Below, piece after piece: positions 25,870 through 37,847 of a DNA stretch of 63,404 nt. Numbering within the stretch: position 1 is the first letter of the stretch; each line of letters starts with the position of its first letter. The DNA is from Octopus bimaculoides (taxonomy: Eukaryota): assembly GCF_001194135.2 (NCBI RefSeq), contig NC_068981.1:60380408-60443811 (forward strand), written 5' to 3'. The position numbers and the translations under genes are program-made. The notes beneath the pieces are model-generated. The model saw nothing but the letters and a program-made list of their open reading frames with translations. It was not told the origin of the DNA and ran no database searches.

Positions 25870-27000
25870 GGGGATGCCTGTATTTTGTCTATTTGCTGTG
25901 TATGAAACTTCTTTATTTTCACTTGTGTGCTCTTTAGTGGTGTAATGTTTCTTTCCCTTTTTTCTAGATACTAGTCTGTAGTCCTCCTCGGCACTTTCCT
26001 CGTCGATTCGCTCCGTCTCAGTCGCACCTTGGGTCCCTTCTACCACCTCCACGCTGTCGGTCAGGATCTTGACATCATTCTTTGGTTCTTGTTCCTTTTG
26101 GGGGCACATCTTTTTGATGTTCCCCTTCTGGCCACAGCCATAACAAATTGGAGGTCTCCCCTCCAAATTTCTTCCGGTAACTCAATCACTTCCGGAATTC
26201 CGTTCAAGTGTGTTGTGTAGCCAGGACAACTAATTCCAGGCCATAACCCCAACAATTCAATTGCTGCGACCACGTTGCCTGTGCAATTACTGGGTTTTCT
26301 TTTGTTCCCGAAAGTTTGGCTGCTGCAATCTATACTGCTTCTATCTCTGGCGGAAGCCTGCCAACTCTTGCCCTAGCGACTCGCTTCTCTAGGTAAGTTG
26401 GCAGGAGCAGCCATTCTTCTGATCTTATTGGTACAGTGGTGCGCTTCTCTGCCACCTCTACAGTGGAAAATCTTACCTCCACTGTACCGTACTTCCTGCC
26501 ACGGTTGTGGTAGGAGATGACATCTTTCATTGGTTCGAGAAATTTTTCAATGACCTCCTCCGAAGTCACTTCAATCTTCTTTCGGAGCAAACGCAAGCTT
26601 CCATACGTTGCTATTTTTCTTTTCACATATTTGGTTAATTTCTCCGAGGGAGTCAACTTCACTTTAGCCCCCTCCCTTTCTGTATAATGGAAACATTCAC
26701 TGACATTAATATCGAGGATCTTAATTTCGCTCATTTTCAACTGTGTTACTGTCTTGTTCTGTTTACCAGCCACCGACGCGTTGCTTTCTGCTCGTTCCTT
26801 CTCGTCGTCGATCTCCGGCATCCGACTTTCCGTCCGGAACAGGGGAAAATACAATAAAAAACACAAGCTTCCTGAACAAGCTATTTGATTTTGAAAAAAC
26901 GCAACAAATTAACAATAGTAGTAACGATTTTAGTAGTTCGACGTACCTGGCCAGAAGCCTTCAACAAATTAAACCACTCAACGATTGTTCTTTTACGGAG
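25870..27000 (-). mobile_element. L1/Tx1 element D, 5' UTR plus ORF1 only
   Basis: ORFs 26330-26866 and 25867-26166 are homologous to ORF1 of A and C (RG.KYGTVEVRF, LLLPTY, EGRPPICYGCGQKG). Confidence 0.8.
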
Positions 27001-27011
27001 AAATTACGAAT

Positions 27012-27298
27012 GCCTGGAATGCAGTTCAATTTGATTTTTATACTCATAACCTTCACGAGATGCACGTGCATTTCGGTTTCCATGACAATTGTTTGCGACT
27101 GCCACCCACGGCATTCAACGCAGTTGTGTTTTGGTGTCTCGTTTGAGGGAAAGTTGAGAGGTTACCTGAATTTGGGTCTCAGCCATAAACCAGCATGTCT
27201 TGGAATAGTTACACTTACATCTTCGGAATAAATTTTCAGAATTTAACATAAAAATGACATTTGAAAAAATTGCGTTTTTTTTTTTATGCGCTTCAGTG
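27012..27298 (-). mobile_element. Left end (TIR plus promoter region) of the Tc1 element whose transposase is at 15545-16353
   Basis: TA|CACTGAAGCGCATAAAAA..ACGCAA Tc1-type terminus at 27300-27270, TATAAAAA at 27042-27035, and an 11-bp word shared with the 16354 junction. Confidence 0.65.
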
Positions 27299-27822
27299 TA
27301 AATTACTAGTAACTAATATATCTATTGTAAATCCTAGACTCGAATATTGTTCCCTCGTTTCCTCATGGTGTATACAATCATGATAAATGTTATAAAGAGG
27401 CACAGGCCTTGTCCTCCCTTTATNNNNNNNNNNNNNNNNNNNNNNNNNNNNNNNNNNNNNNNNNNNNNNNNNNNNNNNNNNNNNNNNNNNNNNNNNNNNN
27501 NNNNNNNNNNNNNNNNNNNNNNNNNNNNNNNNNNNNNNNNNNNNNNNNNNNNNNNNNNNNNNNNNNNNNNNNNNNNNNNNNNNNNNNNNNNNNNNNNNNN
27601 NNNNNNNNNNNNNNNNNNNNNNNNNNNNNNNNNNNNNNNNNNNNNNNNNNNNNNNNNNNNNNNNNNNNNNNNNNNNNNNNNNNNNNNNNNNNNNNNNNNN
27701 NNNNNNNNNNNNNNNNNNNNNNNNNNNNNNNNNNNNNNNNNNNNNNNNNNNNNNNNNNNNNNNNNNNNNNNNNNNNNNNNNNNNNNNNNNNNNNNNNNNN
27801 NNNNNNNNNNNNNNNNNNNNNN

Positions 27823-27885
<63 letters not shown>

Positions 27886-29329
27886 TGCTACTAAGGCTTC
27901 TGCGAAATGACGTTGACAATTCCCCATTCTTTAAAAGACTGAACTCCTATCTTGCTCGGCATGTCAATCTGTTGGAAACTGTTCAGTAACGTGCAATCAA
28001 ACTTATTCACTGTTCATTTGTTTATTCTTTATACTGTTCATGAAGTTTTGGTCAGTTTTTCTTTTCTGATGATTTGCATCTGTATACAATAAGTTCATTA
28101 TTTATATTTAGTAACAAATGCTGTGAACATCTATAACAACAACCAATCATTTAACAATTGAAATTTCGTTCCGTGCTCAAGAAAGAACTCATTGATTTAG
28201 TAGCTAATTTATCCTACCGTTCTTCTTTCTTCCTTCCTCAAAGCTGTACAACAGTTTCCCGAGCAAATTGTAGAGTGTTTCCTATTTGGTGACAAATATA
28301 TATTTATGCATATTTACTTGGAAATTGGTTCGCTTACGGTTCGACAAATCATAGTGTGAAAATTTTTTTCTTTGTACAGCAAAACTTAAACTTGTCTGGA
28401 ATGGTCTTGCTTACTTATTGAAACAATAAAGAAAATATTATCGTCGACTATTATTTTTCTCTCATTACCTATTTGACCCTCCTTTAGCATTTCAATGAAT
28501 CCAATGTTAAATATACATAGAAAAATGGAATTGCTTAGATAATGAATATTAAGTAAGACGCGATGATATTTGACTTGTAAACACTAAGTAAGTGGCTGTG
28601 AACTTATTTAATTCATAAGGCAACAATGGTCAAAATAAATTCAATGTGAGAAATAAACAAAATCAGAGGAAAAAGAAATTTGGTCAATGTTTAATATCAT
28701 TTTAAATTTTCCTGAAGTTTGACTTGAGGCATTAATCAAGTCGTTTCAGTTTCTATAATTCACTGTAACAAGTACCACTGAGTATTCAATTCTGTTCAAG
28801 CAATAATTGCTTAAGAATGTAACATACAGTTAGAATAAAAAAAAAACAGAAAAAAAGAAAGACAACTTCAAATATAGAAACTAAGGGGAGAAAAATCAAT
28901 GCATAGTGTAGTAGTTACCTCCCTTAATCAAATTATCGCCCTTCGTGGATTTTATGCTCAAACCTAGAAACTGTCTTCATACTATTAAACATATTTGCTT
29001 ACAAACTACTAAAGTAGTATTATTAAAGTGCTCATTTAGTCATGTACATAAATAGCTTTGCATAGATATGCAATCTAAGCAGACCAGGTTTATAGAAGTT
29101 AAAGATTCAATTGAAGAATAATCATTTTGATAAGACAACTGGTAATATGAAGAGAACTACAATCGATTCATTTATGTTGCTGGAATATATTTTATCAACA
29201 CCGGTTATCTGAAGAGTAAAGCCTTTCCCTTTACAATTATTTTGTACGTAAACTTCCTTAGTTTTATTGTGGAATATTCTCCTTATAGATTTTATATAGC
29301 TCGACTTTAGAATGGTCGGTGTGTTAGAA

Positions 29330-30210
29330 ACTACATGATATTGGAAATATTCTGGAGATTAGGCGTGTGACTCGTGATTTTTTAAAAAGGTTGTAGTCAG
29401 ACGGATGCGACTAGCACAGCCCTCCCTGATCTTGAAAGGCGTCCCATTGGAAAATGTCTTAGGGATATTGTTGTTTGTAGTGAGTCTATCGAACACAAAC
29501 TCAGACATACTTTCTCACAATCTATGCCAATGATATAAAAGTATTACAGGTAATGAGGTATCCTGATCATGCCTCACAACCGCGGCATTAACTTAATCCA
29601 GTCTACGAGAAGGTCGAAGTAAATAATATACAATTTAAAGACGGAAAATTACGAGCTATTCGCTATCAATCAACAAACACATTACTAAGATGGCAACGAT
29701 GTGCTAAAGGTTGCTGGGGTGGATCTTGATATCAGTACGTGAGAGTATGAAACTGTGCTTGTTTTGTGAAGAACAATCCTTGTCAGACGTGTGATCTATT
29801 CCACACCACTAGAATTGAGGTTACCAGAAGATCGTTACAGTACTATAACTAAGGTACTGGGAGAGGCTGAAAGCTGTAAAATTCACCTTCTTGGGCAGAA
29901 GACTAGAAAGATATGCAGTGATCCATACATTAAAGAACTTTGAAGAATTACCACTAGAATAGGAACTATGAGTTACACAAGTATAGTGCCGAATATAGCA
30001 GGACTACATACTATAATAACTTTAGGGTCAAAAGCCCGCAGGTTATCAATATCTCACCAAAGAAACTGAAAACGCTACGGGGAGTGGATGTAAATGTATT
30101 CAAAAGTATCTGGATGCTCTGCTATCTGCGATTCTCGACAAACTGCGGTAAGAAATGCAACGGAGAGCATCGACATTAAACTTCTTCATTCATTCAAAAT
30201 TCTCTTGAGA
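29330..30210 (+). mobile_element. Highly decayed CR1/L2-group LINE, RT and 3' region
   Basis: GVP..VLG.LLF, YANDIKV, LLGRRLERYAVI and GVDVNVFKSYLD-like remnants in mixed frames. Confidence 0.65.
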
Positions 30211-30271
30211 AACAATATTAGTTCCCTCTTTGTCTCGATCTTTTAAACCTGTCCATTTACTTTATATCATA

Positions 30272-32177
30272 GTAGCAGGCGTACTCGGCGTTGCTCAGGT
30301 GCGTTAGTTCGAAAAGGCTAAGAAACTAATAAAGCGATTAACACCCGCTCCCTTAAGCACCTTTCACGCTTTATGGCAAGACTAACATCTAAGTAACTCT
30401 TTAAGGGAACCGAACGTGTAATATTACGACAACAATCAAGTGAAAAAGTAAAGCAACAAAAATTATAACAGCAATAACGTAGAACTGAAATATGGCGCCA
30501 GTACGGCAAGTCTACAAATCTTCCTTATAAACAACATTTTTAGTTTTCCACTGGGGGATGAAGGCATGTAAACTGTTCCTACAAACTACTCTTGAGCAGC
30601 AAACGTACAGCTGACCGCGTGAAAAGCATGGTTCGGCTAAGTAGAGTCCAACGACAGACGGCGACTGCTCTTGGGACTTATTAATGGACATGGCATAACT
30701 GAGTCTAATCGCAAACTGCACTCTATGGAATGTGAACGTTAAGTCAGCAGCCAAAGGCACAAGGGGAATTCGCAGTATGGAAATGTCTTGACCTTTACCA
30801 CATACGGTCATAATCGTTGCTTCAATGACACTGGGAAGTAATTTTGTGATAACAAGATGTGTACCGTTGCACAACGTCGGTGGATTTAAATTCGTTATCA
30901 GCATAACAGGTCTATCTACTTTAAGAGTAAGAATATGTGGAGGTACTCCTGAAGGCTCCAAGGAATTCAAAAATTCAGTGGGATAATCAACTACTTCATC
31001 CTGATTGGGAATGGTGTATACTGACTTATAGACTGTCACGTCACTAGGCAAACGCAGTAAGAGGCTATTGTTGATTGCACTGACTGCAACGTTTTTAGGA
31101 GCCAAAATGGCTCTTTGGCAAAGTCAATCTAGATCTTCGCTGTGGACTTCTAGGTCTTGGAAGACCTGGTCCTGAAGACTCTGGAAAGTACTTATGTCAA
31201 CATCTTCATTTCCGTCTTCTGGAACTTCACCATTGCCAAGAAGGAAAATGTCCCTCGCAAAATCTTCTGACAATGGGTCCTCATGGATGCGCGCTCTCAT
31301 GTTGACTTAGGACACACCATTACTTCATCCGCCCTTGTGCCTTTCGAAATCACTGGAAATGTTTGCTTAAAGTCCCCAGATAGCAAGACAGTGACACACG
31401 CCATCGCTTCGTGGCTTTCCTTTATGTCTCGTAAAGTTCCATCCAATGCCTCTANNNNNNNNNNNNNNNNNNNNNNNNNNNNNNNNNNNNNNNNNNNNNN
31501 NNNNNNNNNNNNNNNNNNNNNNNNNNNNNNNNNNNNNNNNNNNNNNNNNNNNNNNNNNNNNNNNNNNNNNNNNNNNNNNNNNNNNNNNNNNNNNNNNNNN
31601 NNNNNNNNNNNNNNNNNNNNNNNNNNNNNNNNNNNNNNNNNNNNNNNNNNNNNNNNNNNNNNNNNNNNNNNNNNNNNNNNNNNNNNNNNNNNNNNNNNNN
31701 NNNNNNNNNNNNNNNNNNNNNNNNNNNNNNNNNNNNNNNNNNNNNNNNNNNNNNNNNNNNNNNNNNNNNNNNNNNNNNNNNNNNNNNNNNNNNNNNNNNN
31801 NNNNNNNNNNNNNNNNNNNNNNNNNNNNNNNNNCCTTTACGTTGTACTGGATAAATTGAAAAAAATAACTAATATAGCTCAAATATAGAAATAAGCAAGT
31901 CAGATTTATTTTTACCAAATAATTTACGAAGGAGGGAATGGGTTATTTCCCTTGGAAGCTTAACAATAATTACGCCCGCCGTTCAACCGCGTCCAAATGT
32001 CATTCCTCCACCGTTTACCCGAACATTTTTTCAAAATCAGTTTATGCTTAAAACCTCCCCAGTCACATAAGCAATGTGCGTGTGAAGTTTAAGAAAAATC
32101 GGTCAAGCCGTTTTGACGCAAAACGAGGACATACCGATACACACACACCCATATTTTTTCAGTTTTAATATGCAAGA
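30272..32177 (-). mobile_element. Internally deleted Helitron with PIF1-like helicase C-terminus
   Basis: ORF 30512-31105 (YPTEFLNSL..PPH.L.LK, NLNPPTLCNGT, AMSINKSQ, CFSRGQLYV..SRV, TKNVVYKE) extends upstream through RAILAPKN. 5' TC at 32177; decayed 3' hairpin plus CTAC (CTAG) at 30300-30272. Confidence 0.9.
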
Positions 32178-32750
32178 CATTATTTTAAATATCAACGGTA
32201 AGTTTTGTGAATACATTCTGAACTATTTACGATGCTTTCTACTAACTATAATAAATTAATCTGTTTCCTTAATATCTAATAAAAAATCGTTCTAAATTTA
32301 AATGAAACAAGATCTATGGATATATTTTATTTCTCTACTATCTCTACAATATCTCTGCACTGATCTTTTATGATGCCTCCCCAGGAGTACACATTAGCGA
32401 CTTACATCTAATGCATGGATCTTCATTTCACTTCACCCATCCGTATGGGAAACACCTCGAATAAAGATGTATAGGATTGTCTTAATTTAGATTTGAATGT
32501 GGACTTAATGTGATTTAATGTAAATCAACTAAGTGCACAAAACTTTCATATCAAAGGAGACTAAGACACTTACCCAACAGAAACAAGTGTCGAAATAAAT
32601 TTTGAAGACGTAAAATTCTCACTTCTTTATTAAAATTTCTTGATCGTATACATATGTATGTACGTAAGACTGACTGAATGTATGTATGTATGTATGTATG
32701 TATGTATGTATGTATGTATGTATGTATGTATGTATGTATGTATGTATGTG

Positions 32751-32782
<32 letters not shown>

Positions 32783-32789
32783 TGTCTTT

Positions 32790-33345
32790 GAATTTTATTT
32801 AATTTCTTTTTGTGAGGGTTCAAGACTTTTTGAGTTAAGAGAGATCCCAATGTTTGTAAATATGTCGTTGCGCTGGTTTGTTAGTCGTTCCGTCGATGCA
32901 TAGATCCAAGTGTACGAATCTATTCACATAAGAATCTCATGGAGAATTTGGGGAATGTTTTAGAAATATTCATTGCCCCACTAACAAATTTGATTTGGAG
33001 AATGCGCGTCAGTTTCTTTTGCTCTTTGTCTGTGAAACCGAATATTTCTAGGTCTTTGTGAAGATTTGTTGGTACATAACCTAATCCACCTATAATGATA
33101 GAGACAAGTGAGATTTGATAGTCAGGACACAAGAGCTGCAAGTTCCGCATTAATTCGCCAGAAATGTTCTCTTTTTCCTGGTCTTTTCATTGCACATTCA
33201 CATCCGCTGGGCAGCTGACTTCTACAGCAGTGTATGTCTTTTATTCCCTGTCCCACAGAGCAATATTAGGTCTGTTAAGTTTGCACTGAACTGATATTTT
33301 TATTAGGGGTGTTCCACCAGTAATCATTGAATACCTGCTAGTTCT
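32790..33345 (-). mobile_element. RLE-type (R2/R4 superfamily) LINE 3' fragment, ATAC-associated family
   Basis: PD..EVSCPADVN..EKENI..RNLQLL..IIIGGLGYV restriction-like endonuclease motifs. The 3' end abuts (ATGT)n at 32650-32786. Confidence 0.8.
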
Positions 33346-33400
33346 GACATGCTTTTGATGTATACATGAAGACAATCTTTCTTGCAGATAGCATTGTAAA

Positions 33401-34262
33401 TACGAAGTGGTATCAAAACGCTCCCGGACTAGTTCTGCAGCGCGCCAACAGATGGCAGCACATGGTTGTATTCACAGTGAGAGCTAGCAGTGACCGTCAT
33501 GAGGCAGGGTGCCTAGTGACATCTCTGTGTTTACTTCGCAAGTTGTAAAATTCGTGTTTTCGTGATCACGTATTGGCTGTAGTCTGCGATTTTGTCATGA
33601 GCAGCAACAAAGAACCAACGTCAAATTTTTCGTCAAACTTAGGAAGTCTGTTGCAAAGACAATGAGCATGCTTCAGCAAGCTTACGGTGAAGAGGCAATG
33701 GGTCGTACGCAATATTTCAAGCGTACAGGCGCTTCAAAAGCAGAAGAACGTCCTTGGAAGACGATGAACGATCTGGAAGACCCCCGGGAGTGTGGAAAAT
33801 ATTCAGCAGCTTGTACATGAAGATCGTTGGAGGCATTGCTGATGTTTGCCGTATGAGTATGTGCAAGCAATCTTAACGTCTGAATTGAATATGCGGGCTG
33901 TCTGCCAAGTTTGTGCCTCGCCTGCTGAGCACTGAGCGGAAAGAGTATCGCGTCGAAGTCTGTCAAGATCTCTGTCAGCATGCTACTGCTGATCCATCTT
34001 CCATGTGGAGGATCATCATCGGTGACGAGAGTTGGGTCTACCCTGAGACGAATCAGCAGTCGTTACGATGGAAGAGGCCTTCATCTCCACGGCAGAAGAA
34101 GACACGACAGAGCCGCAGTTCAGTCCAGAGCATGCTCATCGGTTTTTTCGACATCCGCGGTATTGTGCATTGAGAATTCGTCCCCTAAGACCAGCCCGTC
34201 AATCGAGAGTTCGATTCCGACGTTTTGAAGGATTTGAGGGAGGACATTCCGCGAAAGCGGCC
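33401..34262 (+). mobile_element. mariner transposase remnant
   Basis: TA-CGAAGTGGTATCAAAA terminus; LEDDERSGRP, VPRLLS, IIIGDESWVY and FFDIRGIVH. Confidence 0.9.
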
Positions 34263-34399
34263 ATATAATATAAATTATATCAATATAAACAGCTAAGCGT
34301 AATGTGATGCCAGAAAGGAAAATTTTAATCGTCACTAAACTTGACTGAGGATGCCAAAGCACCATCATTGCAAGAAATAAGAGATAACATTTCTGAGTA

Positions 34400-34925
34400 G
34401 TCACTACTAATTTTGCCAACAAAATAGGCGAAACTTGTCTAGTCTTCTGGCTAAAGAGAGGGTGATAGGGCGGCTAATTCCCCTGTCAATGTATATATAT
34501 TGTGCTCTCCTTACAACATTCTGAGATTTTTACTCTTATCTCTCACAATGTAGATGCTTCGGTACCCTCTGTCACATTTAGTGACCATAAAATTTTTTTT
34601 CATGGTATTACATTGCGCATAACTGTTTATATTAATTTTTAGTGCTCGCATTACCATTTAGCTTAATCAGCCATAAATGTTTGTGATAAAATTATATACA
34701 CTGGCAGACAGAATCAAGCGAACCATCGACTGTTTCAGTAGCAACTGTTGAGTAGCTACTGCAGAATAAGCGAAACTAGTCTAGTGTAGTGATTCTAGAG
34801 ACGGTCATGCGGCCGTTACCTCCTCAGTCAGAGCATACTTATTGCACTCTTACAGCGTTAAGAGTTTTAAACACTTATTTCTAGCAACGTACGTGCTTCG
34901 GCAGCCTCAATCACATTTAGTGATG
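34400..34925 (+). repeat. Diverged direct repeat (period about 342 bp), each unit opening with a decayed hammerhead-like motif
   Basis: GCGAAACTTGTCTAGT (34428) and GCGAAACTAGTCTAGT (34770) are each followed by about 150 nt of homology ending TGCTTCGG.A.CCTC..TCACATTTAGTGA. Confidence 0.6.
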
Positions 34926-34957
34926 ATTAAATATGAATATATATATATATATATATT

Positions 34958-35344
34958 TTGTTGTTGATGGCACTCCGTCGCTTACGACGTCGAGGGTTCC
35001 AGTTGATCCGATCAATGGAACAGCCTGCTCGTGAAATTAACGTGCAAATGGCTGAGCACTCCACAGATACGTGTACCCTTAACGTAGTTCTTGAGGATAT
35101 TCAGCGTAACACAGTGTGACCAGGCTGGCCCTTTGAATTACAGACACAACAGAAACAAGAAGTAAGAGTGAGAAAAAGCTGTGGTGAAAGAGTACAGCAG
35201 GGTTTGCCACCATCTCCTGCCGGAGCCCCGTGGAGCTTTAGGTGTATTCACTCAATAAACACCCACAACGCCCGGTCTGGAAATCGAAACCGCGATCTTA
35301 TGACCGCGAGTCCGCTGCCCTAACCACTAGGCCATTGCGCCTCC
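34958..35344 (-). mobile_element. tRNA-derived SINE family C
   Basis: Reverse complement of the copy at 52551-52933; A/B boxes present and CAA tail. Confidence 0.9.
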
Positions 35345-35402
35345 ACGAATATATATTTATATATACACATACATACATACATACATACATACAAACATAC
35401 AT

Positions 35403-35450
<48 letters not shown>

Positions 35451-35980
35451 TTGCTCGCACGTAACCACAGTCCATCTTTCTCTTCCTCACGTGATCATCT
35501 GTCCATTCTTTAGGACTGTCCTAAGGACAGCACGTATCCTATCTCTCTCTTCTATCTTTTCTCTTGTCAAAGAAAATATTTCTCCAGCGTTCGCTATTTT
35601 ACCCTCGTTCTGGTCTAACGATTCTCCATGTTTGTTTTAATAAGGTTTCCTTGTATGTCTCCACCGTCCTGTTTTTGTTCTCAGCATTGACCCTCCATAA
35701 ATCCCAAATTTTATTTTGGTACTTATGGGAGCAACTGTCTTCGAAGACTCATATTGACGTTGAATGCGTGAAATGAGGAGTAGATAGACAGCTGACAAAT
35801 GAAAAAGGGTTGTTCTTTATGTTACTTTTTTTCCCCATGCATACATACATACATACATATATGCATGCATACCTTCCTACCTACCTACCTACCTACCTAC
35901 CTATCTACCTATCTACCTGTCTGTCTGTCTGTCTATCTAGTATCTGTATGTATTTATGTGAATGTATATCTGTGTGTAAT

Positions 35981-36023
<43 letters not shown>

Positions 36024-36033
36024 CACGCACACG

Positions 36034-36086
<53 letters not shown>

Positions 36087-36204
36087 AGAGTTTAATATAC
36101 AGCCGAAAGAGTTACTTATAGTTTCATGCTATTATGATACTTGAACAGGCATATTTATAAAATACACATTTATATATTACACTTACATTACACCTTAAAA
36201 CAAA

Positions 36205-36512
36205 ACTGGATCTCATTATTTACATTATTTACATTTGATGGATATTTGTCCTCATCTTGTTTGTTGTTAACAACGTTTCGGCTGATATACCCTCCAGCCT
36301 TCATCAGGTGCCTTGGGGAAATTTCGAACTTGGCTTCTTATTCCTAAGGCATTTTTCGATGGTATTATTATTATTATTGTTGTTGTTGTTGTTGTTGTTC
36401 TTCGTCTTCTTCTTCTTCTTCTTCTTATTATTCAGGTCACAGCCTGGAATCGAACTCGGAATCTTGGGATTAGTAGCCCGCGCTCTTAACCACTACGCCA
36501 TATGCCCACGGG
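36205..36512 (-). mobile_element. Putative tRNA-headed SINE carrying a minimal type I hammerhead motif
   Basis: Head TGGCGTAGTGGTTAAG..GAGTTCGATTCC (36501-36433), (AAT/AAG/AAC)n spacer, then GGCAC-CTGATGA-A-GGCTG-GAGGGTATAT-CAGCC-GAAA-CG-TT (36312-36271). Confidence 0.7.
36266..36312 (-). ncRNA. Minimal hammerhead ribozyme motif (family 1)
   Basis: Intact CUGAUGA and GAAA core, perfect 5-bp stem II, palindromic ACGU stem III. Stem I is only 2 bp in this copy. Confidence 0.7.
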
Positions 36513-37181
36513 CACATATATGTTGTGTCGTTGTGTGAATACCCACATTCGAATACTGCGATTAAACGTCGTGCATGTCGCTTATACTTATTGGTCATGA
36601 CAATCTTTCTTTTTTTCAAACCTTCAATGGAACAAATTTTCAGAACTGGGCATTGCATATACCATGTGTGTGTGCGCGCTCACCTGAGTGCGTTAGTTTG
36701 TGTGCGTATGTGCGAGCGCGCATCGTTCGTGTATGTAATCGTGTTGTCAGATACTTTTGCATTTACGTGCATTGAGCGTTTGTGAGCGTGCATTACTTAT
36801 GAGTGTGTGTGTGAGCGCGCGTTCTCGCACGGATGTGTATAATTTAATTAAGGGAAAATAACGAGAAGATATTTTGATCAAGATTTGCTGCTATAAGGAA
36901 TGTAGAAGGAGAGTTTAGAATTCATATGTCGTCTAATGCGAGGTCAATGCTACAGTCAGTCATTTTGACCATAGTCCGATTTTGCCGTTTGAATGAATGC
37001 AGCAAGTTTTCTTTCAGGGCAAGAAATCTCGGGCACTGATATGTCTTCTGACGGCATTTTAGATGGTATGTAATTTATCTTTACTCTTTGCCTTAAGTTC
37101 CTTTTCTTTCATTCGATGGCGTTTCGAACAAGAATCGAAACGCGCACAGCTGCTTCCACTCTTTTCCTATCCATAGGTATG

Positions 37182-37235
<54 letters not shown>

Positions 37236-37652
37236 GAAGAAATATTCTGGTTTTTGCCTGAGCTTGCAGTAAAGTCATTTGGAGAAGGGAAACTACAAAA
37301 TCAGAATCTACTTACTTGCTTAACCTTTAACTGGAAAAGTCTAGTAGAAACTACCCAGATCTAAATCCTGCGGTTGAAATGATTTTCGGTTATGCTACAC
37401 TTGGTTATCATTTAGTATTTAACTATGGATATTTGGGGAGTGACATTTTAGTTGTACAAGTTAACGTTACTATAGTCATAAGATATATTGATATTTGATC
37501 TATTCATCTTATGAAGGCTATCATCTAATAAGTGTACGCATCTCTTTGCCTTTATATTTACTAGTATTCTTTCTAGAAGGAAGAAGCCGGTTTCTAACAA
37601 AGGAACAAAAACCGCACCACTAGAATTTGTATGTACGAACGTACGTGAGGGC

Positions 37653-37683
<31 letters not shown>

Positions 37684-37847
37684 TGTATGTATGTATGTAT
37701 GTATGTATGTATGTATGTATGATTGTTTGCATGTATGTATGCATGCATGTATGCATGCATGTATGTACGTATGTATGTATGTATGCATGTATGTATTGTA
37801 TGTATGTATTGTATGAGTGTATGTGTATGTGTGTTTCTTTTGGCATA

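Noticed and set aside
37119-37143. 9-bp hairpin ending in GAAACGCG
   Set aside because: No CUGANGA core or stem I upstream; compatible with chance.
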